In this document: positions 11,485 to 19,588 of the stretch, in pieces
Position numbering within the stretch: position 1 is the stretch's first letter
How the letters are laid out: each line of letters starts with the position of its first letter
Translations under genes and position numbers: made by a program
From: Candidatus Eiseniibacteriota bacterium
GTDB taxonomy: Bacteria; Eisenbacteria; RBG-16-71-46
Assembly: GCA_963744995.1 (NCBI GenBank)
Contig: CAVUWA010000005.1
Span: forward strand, 360,334 to 424,333
Direction: 5' to 3'
Length of the DNA stretch: 64,000 nucleotides
Notes under the pieces: model-generated
Told to the model about the DNA's origin: nothing
Databases searched by the model: none
What the model saw: only the letters and a program-made list of their open reading frames with translations

Positions 11485-12336
11485 TTGAGCGTTTCTCCCC
11501 CGGCTCCCGACAGCCGTATCGCCCCACCCCGTGGTCTCGAGCGGCTGCGCCGCGACGTTCGCGACATGCTGCACGAGCTGGTCGAGTACCGCGACCTCCT
11601 CATCACGATGAGTCGCCGCGACCTCCTGTTGCGCTACAAGCAGACGATCATGGGCTTCGGCTGGGCGATCCTCATGCCGTTCACCTACATGATCGTGTTC
11701 ACGGTCATCTTCACGCGCGTGGTGCCGCTGAAGACCGACGTGCCCTACCCGATCTATTCGTACACGGGGCTCCTGCCCTGGAACTTCTTCGCCTCGTCGC
11801 TGCGCTTCGCGGTCGGCACGCTGGTCACGAATCGGACGCTGGTCACGAAGGTGTACTTCCCGCGCGAGATTCTGCCGTTCTCGGTGATCCTGGTGTCGCT
11901 GGTGGACTTCGGAGTGGGTGCGATCCTGCTCGCCGGTCTGATGGTCTACTACAAGGTCGCGATCACCTGGGCGATCCTGTTCCTGCCGGTGGTGCTGGCG
12001 GTGCAGATCCTGTTCACGGCCGGCGTCACGCTGCTGCTCTCCATGGCCAACCTGTTCTTCCGCGACGTGAAGTATCTGATCGAGATCGTGATCACCCTGT
12101 GGATGTTCGCGACCTCGGTGGTCTATCCGGTCGACCGGGTCGGCGGTCGGGAAGGCGCGCTGCTCGCGCTGAATCCGATGACCCCGATCATCGACGCCTA
12201 CCGCGCGGTGGTGCTGCAGGGCCACCTCCCGGCGCCGGGCCCGTTCCTGTACGCGGCGGTGTTCTCGGTGGTGCTGCTGATCGTGGCGTGGATCGCGTTC
12301 CACCGCACCGAGCCGGTCTTCGCCGAGAGCATCTGA
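11485..12336 (+). CDS. wzm: Polysaccharide ABC-2 exporter permease (Wzm/RfbA-like)
   Basis: 'RYKQTIMGFGWAIL', 'VTKVYFPREILP', 'LNPMTPII'; TTG start after GAGG. Confidence 0.9.
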   Translation: MSVSPPAPDSRIAPPRGLERLRRDVRDMLHELVEYRDLLITMSRRDLLLRYKQTIMGFGWAILMPFTYMIVFTVIFTRVVPLKTDVPYPIYSYTGLLPWNFFASSLRFAVGTLVTNRTLVTKVYFPREILPFSVILVSLVDFGVGAILLAGLMVYYKVAITWAILFLPVVLAVQILFTAGVTLLLSMANLFFRDVKYLIEIVITLWMFATSVVYPVDRVGGREGALLALNPMTPIIDAYRAVVLQGHLPAPGPFLYAAVFSVVLLIVAWIAFHRTEPVFAESI

Positions 12337-12356
12337 GCCATGATCGGGGGGCCCGC

Positions 12357-13550
12357 ATGAGCGGCGGCCGCGTCCGCATCGAGAAAGTGTGGAAGAAGTT
12401 CCGCAGGGGCGAGCGCCACGACAGCCTGCGTGATCTGATTCCGGCTCTCATGCGCACGCTGGCCCGGCGCCCGAAGAGCGATGCGCTCGAACGCGACCAG
12501 TTCTGGGCGCTTCAGGACGTGTCGTTCGCCGTCGAGCCGGGCGAAGCGCTCGGCATCATCGGCCCCAACGGCGCAGGCAAGTCCACGATCCTCAAGATCC
12601 TCACGCGACTCATCCGGCCGACCTTCGGCCACGCCGAAGTGGTGGGCCGCGTGGGCGCGCTGCTCGAGATCGGCGGCAGCCTGCATCCGGACCTGACCGG
12701 GCGCGAGAACGTGTTCCTGCAGGGGTCGATCATGGGCATGCGCCGCGCCGAGATTCAGCGCAAGTTCGACGAGATCGTCGAGTTCGCCGGGATTCCCGAG
12801 TTCATCGACACGCCGGTCAAACGCTACTCGAGCGGCATGCACGCGCGGCTCGGCTTCGCGGTCGCGGCGCACCTCGAGACCGACGTGCTGATCATCGACG
12901 AGGTCCTGGCCGTGGGCGACGCCGCCTTCCAGCGCAAGGCGTTCGACCGCATGGAAGTCATGGTGAAGAGCGGCGTGCCGACGATCATCGTCTCCCACCA
13001 GCTCGAGCGCATCGCCTCGCTGTGCCAGCGTGCGATGCTGCTTTCCAAGGGCCGCGTGGCGTTCGAGGGCGACCCGTCGCAGTGCATCGCCGTCTACGCC
13101 GAGCTGCAGTCGACGATGGGGAAAGACGACTCGAGCGACCACGGTATTTCGATCGATTCGATCGAGCAGCGTCCGCAGGCGCCGGTTCCGTCGGGCCAGA
13201 CGCTCGAGGTGGTGCTGCACGGGCACTCGGAGAGTACGAATCCGAACGAGGTCGTCGTGCTGCGCGTGCGTTCGATGCAGACGGGGCAGCTGATGTACGC
13301 GCTCAGTAACAAGTCGCGCGAGGTCCAGCTGCCGCATGGCCGGTTCGAGATGTGCGCCCGCTTCGTGATGAACGTGCCGGAGGGGATGTACAGTGTCGAG
13401 AGTCTCGTGGCGCGGCGCGGCACCAACCGTGACATCTGGCATGGTCCGGCGACGCTCGTGCACGTGTCGGGCGGGCCGCCGTTCTGGGGCAGCGTGCAGA
13501 TGCTGGCCAGCATCGAGGCCCGCGCCATACGGGATGGGAACACGTCATGA
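12357..13550 (+). CDS. wzt: Polysaccharide ABC exporter ATPase with Wzt-C domain
   Basis: Walker A GPNGAGKST, signature YSSGM, 'IIDEVLAVGD', C-terminal beta domain. Confidence 0.92.
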   Translation: MSGGRVRIEKVWKKFRRGERHDSLRDLIPALMRTLARRPKSDALERDQFWALQDVSFAVEPGEALGIIGPNGAGKSTILKILTRLIRPTFGHAEVVGRVGALLEIGGSLHPDLTGRENVFLQGSIMGMRRAEIQRKFDEIVEFAGIPEFIDTPVKRYSSGMHARLGFAVAAHLETDVLIIDEVLAVGDAAFQRKAFDRMEVMVKSGVPTIIVSHQLERIASLCQRAMLLSKGRVAFEGDPSQCIAVYAELQSTMGKDDSSDHGISIDSIEQRPQAPVPSGQTLEVVLHGHSESTNPNEVVVLRVRSMQTGQLMYALSNKSREVQLPHGRFEMCARFVMNVPEGMYSVESLVARRGTNRDIWHGPATLVHVSGGPPFWGSVQMLASIEARAIRDGNTS

Positions 13551-14590
13551 GTGACGAACTCGATCAACCGGCCAACCCGGACCTCGAGCTGATCGCCTCC
13601 CTCGGCGAACGCATCGACGCGGCGCTAGAGGGCCTGATCCCGAGCGACCGCCCCTACGCGCTGCTCGACTTCCCGCACGCGCCGAACGTGGGCGACAGCA
13701 TGATCTGGCTCGGCGAGCTCACGTGGTTCGCGCGGCGCGGCTACGGCCCGCCCTGCTACACGTGCAGCAACCTCACGTTCTCACCCGAGATCCTGCGACG
13801 GCGGATCGGCGACGGGACGATCGTCCTGTCCGGCGGCGGCAACTTCGGCGACCTCTACCCCACGCATCAGGCCATGCGCGAGGCCGTGCTGGAACAGTTT
13901 CCCGACCACCCGGTCGTCCAGCTGCCGCAGACGATCCACTTCGAGTCCCCGGAGATGCAACAGGCCGCCGCAGCGAAGTTCGCGGCGCACCCGCGGCTCC
14001 TCGTGCTGGTGCGCGACGAGCAGAGCCTCGAGACGGCGAGCGGACCGCTCGGCGTCAACGCGCGCCTGTGCCCCGACATGGCGTTCTGTCTCGGTCCGAT
14101 CCCGTGGCGCCCGCCGCCACGCGGAGGAATCGTCTGGATGCGCCGCCAGGACAAGGAGTCGGCGGGGGCGAGCGTCGATGCGCCGCCCCGGGGGGTGCGC
14201 GCCGTCGACTGGCTGGAAGACTGGCGCACGCCGCTGCTCTCGCTGAACCACATTCTCGCGCGGCAGCTGCGCTACCGCCCACCGTTGCGGAAGCCGCTCC
14301 AGGATCTGCTGTCGTCCACCTTCCCCGGCATCGCGCGGCAGCGCGTCGAGCGCGGGCGCCGAATCCTCGGCGCCGGACGGTTCGTGATCACCGACCGGCT
14401 GCACGGCCACATCCTCTCGATCCTCATGGGGATTCCGCACGCCGTGCTCGACAACGCATACGGCAAGGTGCGGCGCTTCCATGGCTGCTGGACCGCGCGG
14501 TCGCGGCTCGCCGAGTGGTGCCGGAGCGAGGAGGAAGCGCTGGCCTGCGCGCAGACCCGGGTCCCCGCAGGGCGCCCCGCGTTCGCCTGA
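13547..14590 (+). CDS. Polysaccharide pyruvyl transferase (EpsO/EpsI-like)
   Basis: 'NVGDSMIW', 'GGGNFGDLY', 'LPQTIHF', 'PDMAF', 'TDRLHGHI', 'DNAYGK'; ATGA overlap with wzt. Confidence 0.9.
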   Translation: MSDELDQPANPDLELIASLGERIDAALEGLIPSDRPYALLDFPHAPNVGDSMIWLGELTWFARRGYGPPCYTCSNLTFSPEILRRRIGDGTIVLSGGGNFGDLYPTHQAMREAVLEQFPDHPVVQLPQTIHFESPEMQQAAAAKFAAHPRLLVLVRDEQSLETASGPLGVNARLCPDMAFCLGPIPWRPPPRGGIVWMRRQDKESAGASVDAPPRGVRAVDWLEDWRTPLLSLNHILARQLRYRPPLRKPLQDLLSSTFPGIARQRVERGRRILGAGRFVITDRLHGHILSILMGIPHAVLDNAYGKVRRFHGCWTARSRLAEWCRSEEEALACAQTRVPAGRPAFA

Positions 14591-14664
14591 GCCGCGCGGC
14601 GCACGGCCGGCGCCCGCCGGGCGCCCCACCGGTGCGCCGTGCCGCCACGGGCGGGGCCAAGCAG

Positions 14665-14700
14665 AACGCGGGAGGCGATGATCGCCTCCCGCGTTTCTTT
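14665..14700. terminator. Intrinsic terminator, probably bidirectional
   Basis: Perfect 15-bp inverted repeat AACGCGGGAGGCGAT-G-ATCGCCTCCCGCGTT, ending in TTTCTTT on + and TTCTGCTT on -. Confidence 0.85.
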
Positions 14701-14755
14701 CGGTGGGCTGCTGGGATTCGCTGGAACGACCCAACTGCCGTCGTACCGAGCCGTC

Positions 14756-14797
14756 CTAGCGGACAGCCACCTCCGCGATCCACTTCCGTTTATCCAA
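14756..14797 (-). CDS. Putative 13-aa micro-peptide MDKRKWIAEVAVR (TTG start)
   Basis: GAAAGGAGGTGGTCCA directly precedes TTG (GGAGG-to-start spacing 7 nt); TAG at 14756-14758. Confidence 0.55.
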   Translation of the reverse strand: MDKRKWIAEVAVR

Positions 14798-14826
14798 TGG
14801 ACCACCTCCTTTCCCGCGTATGCGGG

Positions 14827-14855
14827 ACACTAGGAATCCGGTCCGCACATGTCAA
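14827..14855 (-). promoter_or_regulatory. Sigma70-type promoter
   Basis: TTGACA (14855-14850), 17-nt spacer, TAGTGT (14832-14827), preceded by a T-rich stretch. Confidence 0.75.
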
Positions 14856-14998
14856 AGAAAGAATGCACGCGGCAGCGCGGGCATCGCCCGATTCGTGCGT
14901 CATGACGGATCGTTGACATGAGAACGATGGAGGTGCCACAGGATCCCTCGCCGCCGCGAGCGCCGGAGCGACGCGGCGCTTCGGCGGCTGCACCGGCG

Positions 14999-15877
14999 CT
15001 AGTGGCGCTGCTGCAGGGTGCGGAAGATGTGCAGATGCCTGAGCGCGGCATGGAAGTCGCCGAGCTTCTCGCACAGCGTCGCCAGGTTGTAGTGCGCATC
15101 CGCGAACTGCGGGTCCGCGGCGAGCGCGCGCTCGTAGGCGTCGAGCGCATCGACCGGGCGGCCGAGATCCTCGAGCGCCACGCCGAGGTTGAACCACGCG
15201 GTCGGATGATCGCCGCCGTAGTCGAGCGCCCGCCGGTAGTGCGCTTCGGCGGCCTTCACCTCGCCGGCCTCGTGCAGCATGCGGCCGAGGTTCAGGCGGG
15301 CGTCCACGTGCGTGGGATCGGCCTCCAGCGCACGCCCGTAGGCGCGCCGCGCTTCCGTCTCGTCGAAGGGCTCGAGATCGCACGCGACCCCGTACCAGTC
15401 CTCGGCGTCGAGTGCGGTCTCCGAAGCCTCGGCCGCGGCGGCATTGCGGCGCGCGAGCGGCTCCACGCGCGCCGCGAACTCGGCCATGTCGAAGTCGAGC
15501 AGCGCCTGCCCGGAAGCCGGCTCCCATGCGACCGCGCCGTCGTGGACGATCACCTTGTCGCCCGCCGCGCTCAGCCGCACGCCGGTAATCGCCCGGCCGC
15601 GCGGCAGCTGATGCCTGAGCTCGCGCAACGCGCGGTAGACCTTGCGCGGCGGCAGTTCCCGGGTGAGCGCACGTGCCGTGCGCAGCAGCACCAGATCCTG
15701 GAACGAAAAGCGCGGTTCGCCCCGGGCATCGCGTCGCGGTTCGACGCAATCGGCGCGCACGTAGGCCTGCAGCTGTGCGGGGGTCATGCCCAGCAGGCGC
15801 GTCACGTCCTTCGCCGCATAACCCGTCGGGAAAGCGACGTGGTTTTCGATCCTGCGCGTGGAAGTCGCGGGGCTCAT
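14999..15877 (-). CDS. MerR-like HTH plus TPR protein
   Basis: N-terminal 'YAAKDVTRLLG...FSFQDLVLLRTA' MerR-type HTH; 3-4 C-terminal TPRs (ARLNLG, AWFNLG, AHYNLA). Confidence 0.82.
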   Translation of the reverse strand: MSPATSTRRIENHVAFPTGYAAKDVTRLLGMTPAQLQAYVRADCVEPRRDARGEPRFSFQDLVLLRTARALTRELPPRKVYRALRELRHQLPRGRAITGVRLSAAGDKVIVHDGAVAWEPASGQALLDFDMAEFAARVEPLARRNAAAAEASETALDAEDWYGVACDLEPFDETEARRAYGRALEADPTHVDARLNLGRMLHEAGEVKAAEAHYRRALDYGGDHPTAWFNLGVALEDLGRPVDALDAYERALAADPQFADAHYNLATLCEKLGDFHAALRHLHIFRTLQQRH

Positions 15878-16066
15878 CGCATCCTGCTCGCCGTCCGCTG
15901 CGGACGGATGTGGACGCCCGAATCGGAGCCGCCGGGCCGTGGCGCGTCCTTGCCGGACCGGGGCGCGGCGCTTCGTGTGCCGCAGACCGCGATGATACGC
16001 CCTCATGTGGAGCGTGCAAGGAACGATCGGCCGGGTGCCGGCGCCGCTCCTGCGCTCTCGGTGCCG

Positions 16067-16942
16067 CTACCGTGCCGCCTTCTTCTTCTTCGCCGTCTCG
16101 CTCTTGGCCGGTCGCGGCGAGCGCTTGGCGGCCTTGCGCGAGGCGCCGCCCTTCTTCGCGCCGCCGCCCGCGCCCTCGCCCAAGCTCTGCTTGAGCGCAT
16201 CCATCAGATCGATGATCTGCGCCTGCGGCGCCTCGCTCGACAGCGCGAGGATGTCCTGGCCATCCACCTTCTTCTGGATCATCGCCAGCATGCGGTCGCG
16301 CGAAGAATCCGAGTAGGCCTCGGGCTTGAAGTCCTCTGCGATGTTCTGCTCCATGAGCTGCAGCGCGAGCTTGAGTTCGCCCGGCTTGATCTCGGGCGTG
16401 TCGGGCATGTCGATCTCGGAGAACGGCCGCACCTCGTGCGCGTAACGCAGCTGCTGCATCACGAGGCCTTCCTTCACCGCCCGCAACATGACCAGGTAGT
16501 TCTTGCCGCGCGCCGCGTACTGGGCGATACCGACCACGCCGGTCTGGCGCATGGCCTCGCCGAGCAGCGCATAGGCGCGTTCGGCGCCCTTGTCGGGCCC
16601 GAGGTAGTAGGGTTTGTCGAAGTAGACCGGATCCACCTTGTCGATCGGGATGAACTCGCTGATCGCGATGGCGCGGGTGGGATCCTCTTCGACCGCCTTG
16701 ACCTCTTCGGGCGTGAAGAGGACGAACTGGTCCTTCACGAACTCGTAGCCCTTCGCGATGTTCTCGCGCGGCACGATTTCGTTATCCTTCGGACACATGT
16801 ACTGCTGCTTGAGCGGCGTGCCGCACTTGTCGTGCACCATGCGGAACGACACGGTCTCGGACGACTTCCCGGAGGAGAACAGCTTGACGGGAATCGCCAC
16901 CAGTCCGAATGAGATCGTTGCTGAACCGAGTGCGCTGGCCAT
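16067..16942 (-). CDS. ku: NHEJ DNA end-binding protein Ku
   Basis: 'ISFGLVAIPVKL', 'KGYE', 'YFDKPYYLGP', 'IDLMDALKQSL', basic C-terminal tail. Confidence 0.97.
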   Translation of the reverse strand: MASALGSATISFGLVAIPVKLFSSGKSSETVSFRMVHDKCGTPLKQQYMCPKDNEIVPRENIAKGYEFVKDQFVLFTPEEVKAVEEDPTRAIAISEFIPIDKVDPVYFDKPYYLGPDKGAERAYALLGEAMRQTGVVGIAQYAARGKNYLVMLRAVKEGLVMQQLRYAHEVRPFSEIDMPDTPEIKPGELKLALQLMEQNIAEDFKPEAYSDSSRDRMLAMIQKKVDGQDILALSSEAPQAQIIDLMDALKQSLGEGAGGGAKKGGASRKAAKRSPRPAKSETAKKKKAAR

Positions 16943-16971
16943 TGGCGTGAAACCCTAGCACGGGGAAGCGG

Positions 16972-19566
16972 GTGGGCAAGAGCAAGAAGATCGACCGGCT
17001 GGAACGCTACCGGGCCAAACGGACCCCGGGCGGGACCCCGGAGCCGTTCGGCGGCGGCGCGCTAAGGCCTTGTCTTTTCGTCGTGCAGAAGCACGCAGCA
17101 CGCGCCACCCACTACGATTTTCGGCTGGAGTGGGGCGGGACTTTGCTGTCCTGGGCGGTCCCCCACGGAATTTCACGAGACCCGGACGTGAAGCGCCTCG
17201 CCGTGCACGTCGAGGACCACCCGGTCGACTATGCGGACTTCGAGGGGCTGATCCCGCCCGGCAACTACGGTGCCGGCGCCGTGATCGTCTGGGACCGCGG
17301 GCTGTGGATTCCGTTCGACGACCCCGACCAGTTCGGTGAGACCGGCAAGCTGCACTTCGAGCTGCGCGGCTACAAGCTGCGCGGCATCTTCACGCTGATC
17401 AAGACGAAGCGCGGCGACAACCAGTGGATCCTGTTCAAGAAGCGCGACGGCCACGAGGTGCCCGGGGACGAGCCGGCGCTCGCCGAGACCTCGGTGCTCT
17501 CAGGGCTCACGGTCGAGCAGCTGGCCGCGGGCGAGACGCGGGCGGGCCAGGTGGAAGCCGCGCTGCGCCGCGCGAAGGCGCCGCGCCGCCGCGTGGATCC
17601 GATGAAGGTCGACGTCATGCTGGCCGAGACCGGCGGGCAGCCGTTCTCACGCGCCGGCTGGCTGTTCGAACTCAAGTACGACGGCTACCGCATGCTGGCC
17701 GCCCGCGACGCCGACGGGAACGTCAAGCTGCGTTACCGGAGCGGCATCGACGCGACGCCGGTGTTCCCGGACGTGGCGCGCGCGGTGAAGGCGCTGCCCT
17801 ACGACATGGTGCTGGATGGCGAGGTGGTGGTGCTCGACGACGAGGGACGCCCGGATTTCCACCGACTTCAGAAACGTGGCCGGCTGCAGAAACGGCTCGA
17901 GATCGACCGCGCGACGGTGAACCTGCCCGCGACCTACTTCGCGTTCGACCTGCTCGGCTTCGAGGACTTCGACCTGCGCGGGCTGCCGCTCACGAAGCGC
18001 AAGGCGCTGCTCCGCGATCTGCTGCCCCCCGTCGGCGTGGTGCGCTTCAGCGATCACATCGAGACGCGCGGCGCCGAGATGTTCGCCCAGGTCGAGAAGA
18101 TGGGCCTCGAAGGCATCGTCGCGAAACAGGCGCGTTCGCCCTACCGCGGCCGGCGCTCCGGTGAGTGGCTGAAGCTCCCGGTCGAGAAGACCGGGGATTT
18201 CGTGGTGTGCGGCTGGTCACCGCCGCAGGGCTCGCGCTCGGGCTTCGGCGCGCTGCACCTGGGCGCGTACGACGACGGCGCCCTGGTCTATGCGGGCAGC
18301 GTCGGCACCGGCTTCAACGCGAAGCAGATCGCGGCGCTGGTGAAGACGCTCGAGCCGCTCAGGCGCAGGAAGGCGCCGTGCACGGGTGCCGTGCCGAAGG
18401 GTCCCGGGCACGTATGGCTCGAGCCCGAGCGCGTCGTCGAAGTCGGCTACAAGGCGATCACCCCTGACGGCCTGCTGCGCATCCCGGTATTCCGCCGCCT
18501 GCGCGACGACAAACGCCCGGAGGAATGCGCGCATCCGGCCCCGGGCGAGCTGCCCGATCCGGCCGAGACGCTCGCGGCGCTGCGCGAGGAGCGCAGTTCC
18601 GAGCGCACGGTGCAGACCACCAACCCCGAAAAGGTGTTCTGGCCCGCCGAGGGCTACACCAAGGGCGACCTGGTCGGTTACTACGCGGCGATCGCGCCGT
18701 GGATCCTCCCCTACCTCGAAGACCGGCCGCTGGTGCTGACGCGCTTCCCCGACGGCATCGAGGGCAAGAGCTTCTATCAGAAGAATGCGCCGGCGTTCAC
18801 GCCGGCGTGGGTCCGGCGTGCGCCGATCTGGAGCGAGAGCTCCGAGCGCGACGTCGAGTACCTGGTCTGCGACGACGCGGTGACGCTGCACTACGTCGCC
18901 AACGCGGCGGCGATCCCGCTGCACGTGTGGTCGTCGCGGGTCACGACGATCCAGCAGCCCGACTGGTGCATCCTCGATCTCGACCCCAAGGAGGCGCCGT
19001 TCAAGCACGTCATCCATCTCGCCCTGGCGATCCGCGCGCTGTGCGACGACATCGAGCTGCCGTGCTTCGCGAAGACCAGCGGCTCGACCGGCCTGCACGT
19101 GCTGATTCCGCTCGGCGGCCAGTGCACCTACGAGCAGTCGCGCATGCTCGGCCACCTGCTCGGCCAGGTGATCGTCGCCGAGCACGGGGAGATCGCCACG
19201 ATCGCGCGCCGCTTCGAGCAGCGGGGCGGCAAGGTGTATGTCGACTACCTGCAGAACCGCCACGGCCAGCTGCTGGTGGCGCCGTTCTGCGTGCGGCCGC
19301 TGCCGGGCGCGCCGGTGTCGATGCCGCTTGAGTGGAAGGAAGTGAACGGGAAGCTCGACATGTCGAAGTTCACGATCCGCACGATGCCGAAGCGCATGGA
19401 AAAGCTCGGCGAGGATCCGATGCGGCCCGTCATGACGCTGCGGCCCGATCTGGCCGGGGCGCTGGGGCGACTCGCGGCGCGGGTGGAGCGGGGCGAGGCG
19501 AAAACCCGGACCCGGCGAGCGCGACTGCCGAGACCCTCGGCTTCTCGCACGCGCCGGCGCGGCTGA
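16972..19566 (+). CDS. ligD: NHEJ DNA ligase D (phosphoesterase-ligase-polymerase)
   Basis: PE 'QKHAARATHYDFRLE...SWAVP', ligase 'ELKYDGYR' and 'EGIVAK', POL 'DLDP' and 'KTSGSTGLH'. Confidence 0.97.
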   Translation: MGKSKKIDRLERYRAKRTPGGTPEPFGGGALRPCLFVVQKHAARATHYDFRLEWGGTLLSWAVPHGISRDPDVKRLAVHVEDHPVDYADFEGLIPPGNYGAGAVIVWDRGLWIPFDDPDQFGETGKLHFELRGYKLRGIFTLIKTKRGDNQWILFKKRDGHEVPGDEPALAETSVLSGLTVEQLAAGETRAGQVEAALRRAKAPRRRVDPMKVDVMLAETGGQPFSRAGWLFELKYDGYRMLAARDADGNVKLRYRSGIDATPVFPDVARAVKALPYDMVLDGEVVVLDDEGRPDFHRLQKRGRLQKRLEIDRATVNLPATYFAFDLLGFEDFDLRGLPLTKRKALLRDLLPPVGVVRFSDHIETRGAEMFAQVEKMGLEGIVAKQARSPYRGRRSGEWLKLPVEKTGDFVVCGWSPPQGSRSGFGALHLGAYDDGALVYAGSVGTGFNAKQIAALVKTLEPLRRRKAPCTGAVPKGPGHVWLEPERVVEVGYKAITPDGLLRIPVFRRLRDDKRPEECAHPAPGELPDPAETLAALREERSSERTVQTTNPEKVFWPAEGYTKGDLVGYYAAIAPWILPYLEDRPLVLTRFPDGIEGKSFYQKNAPAFTPAWVRRAPIWSESSERDVEYLVCDDAVTLHYVANAAAIPLHVWSSRVTTIQQPDWCILDLDPKEAPFKHVIHLALAIRALCDDIELPCFAKTSGSTGLHVLIPLGGQCTYEQSRMLGHLLGQVIVAEHGEIATIARRFEQRGGKVYVDYLQNRHGQLLVAPFCVRPLPGAPVSMPLEWKEVNGKLDMSKFTIRTMPKRMEKLGEDPMRPVMTLRPDLAGALGRLAARVERGEAKTRTRRARLPRPSASRTRRRG

Positions 19567-19588
19567 TTCAAAGCCGGCGAACGCCGGC

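Larger units (their letters stand above)
14660..14821 (-). ncRNA. Candidate small structured RNA / micro-mRNA
   Basis: Bounded by a sigma70 promoter and a terminator; contains two GGAGGUGG motifs, a 13-codon ORF and two predicted hairpins. Confidence 0.65.

Noticed and set aside
11253..12356. N-terminal extension of the 765-aa ORF
   Set aside because: Out-of-frame overlap with wzm; wzt starts at 12357.
14798..14813. TGGACCACCTCCTTTC resembles the 16S rRNA 3' end
   Set aside because: No other 16S sequence flanks it; it is better read as an extended SD on the minus strand.
14913..14918. TTGACA on the plus strand
   Set aside because: No -10 hexamer at 16-18 nt spacing.
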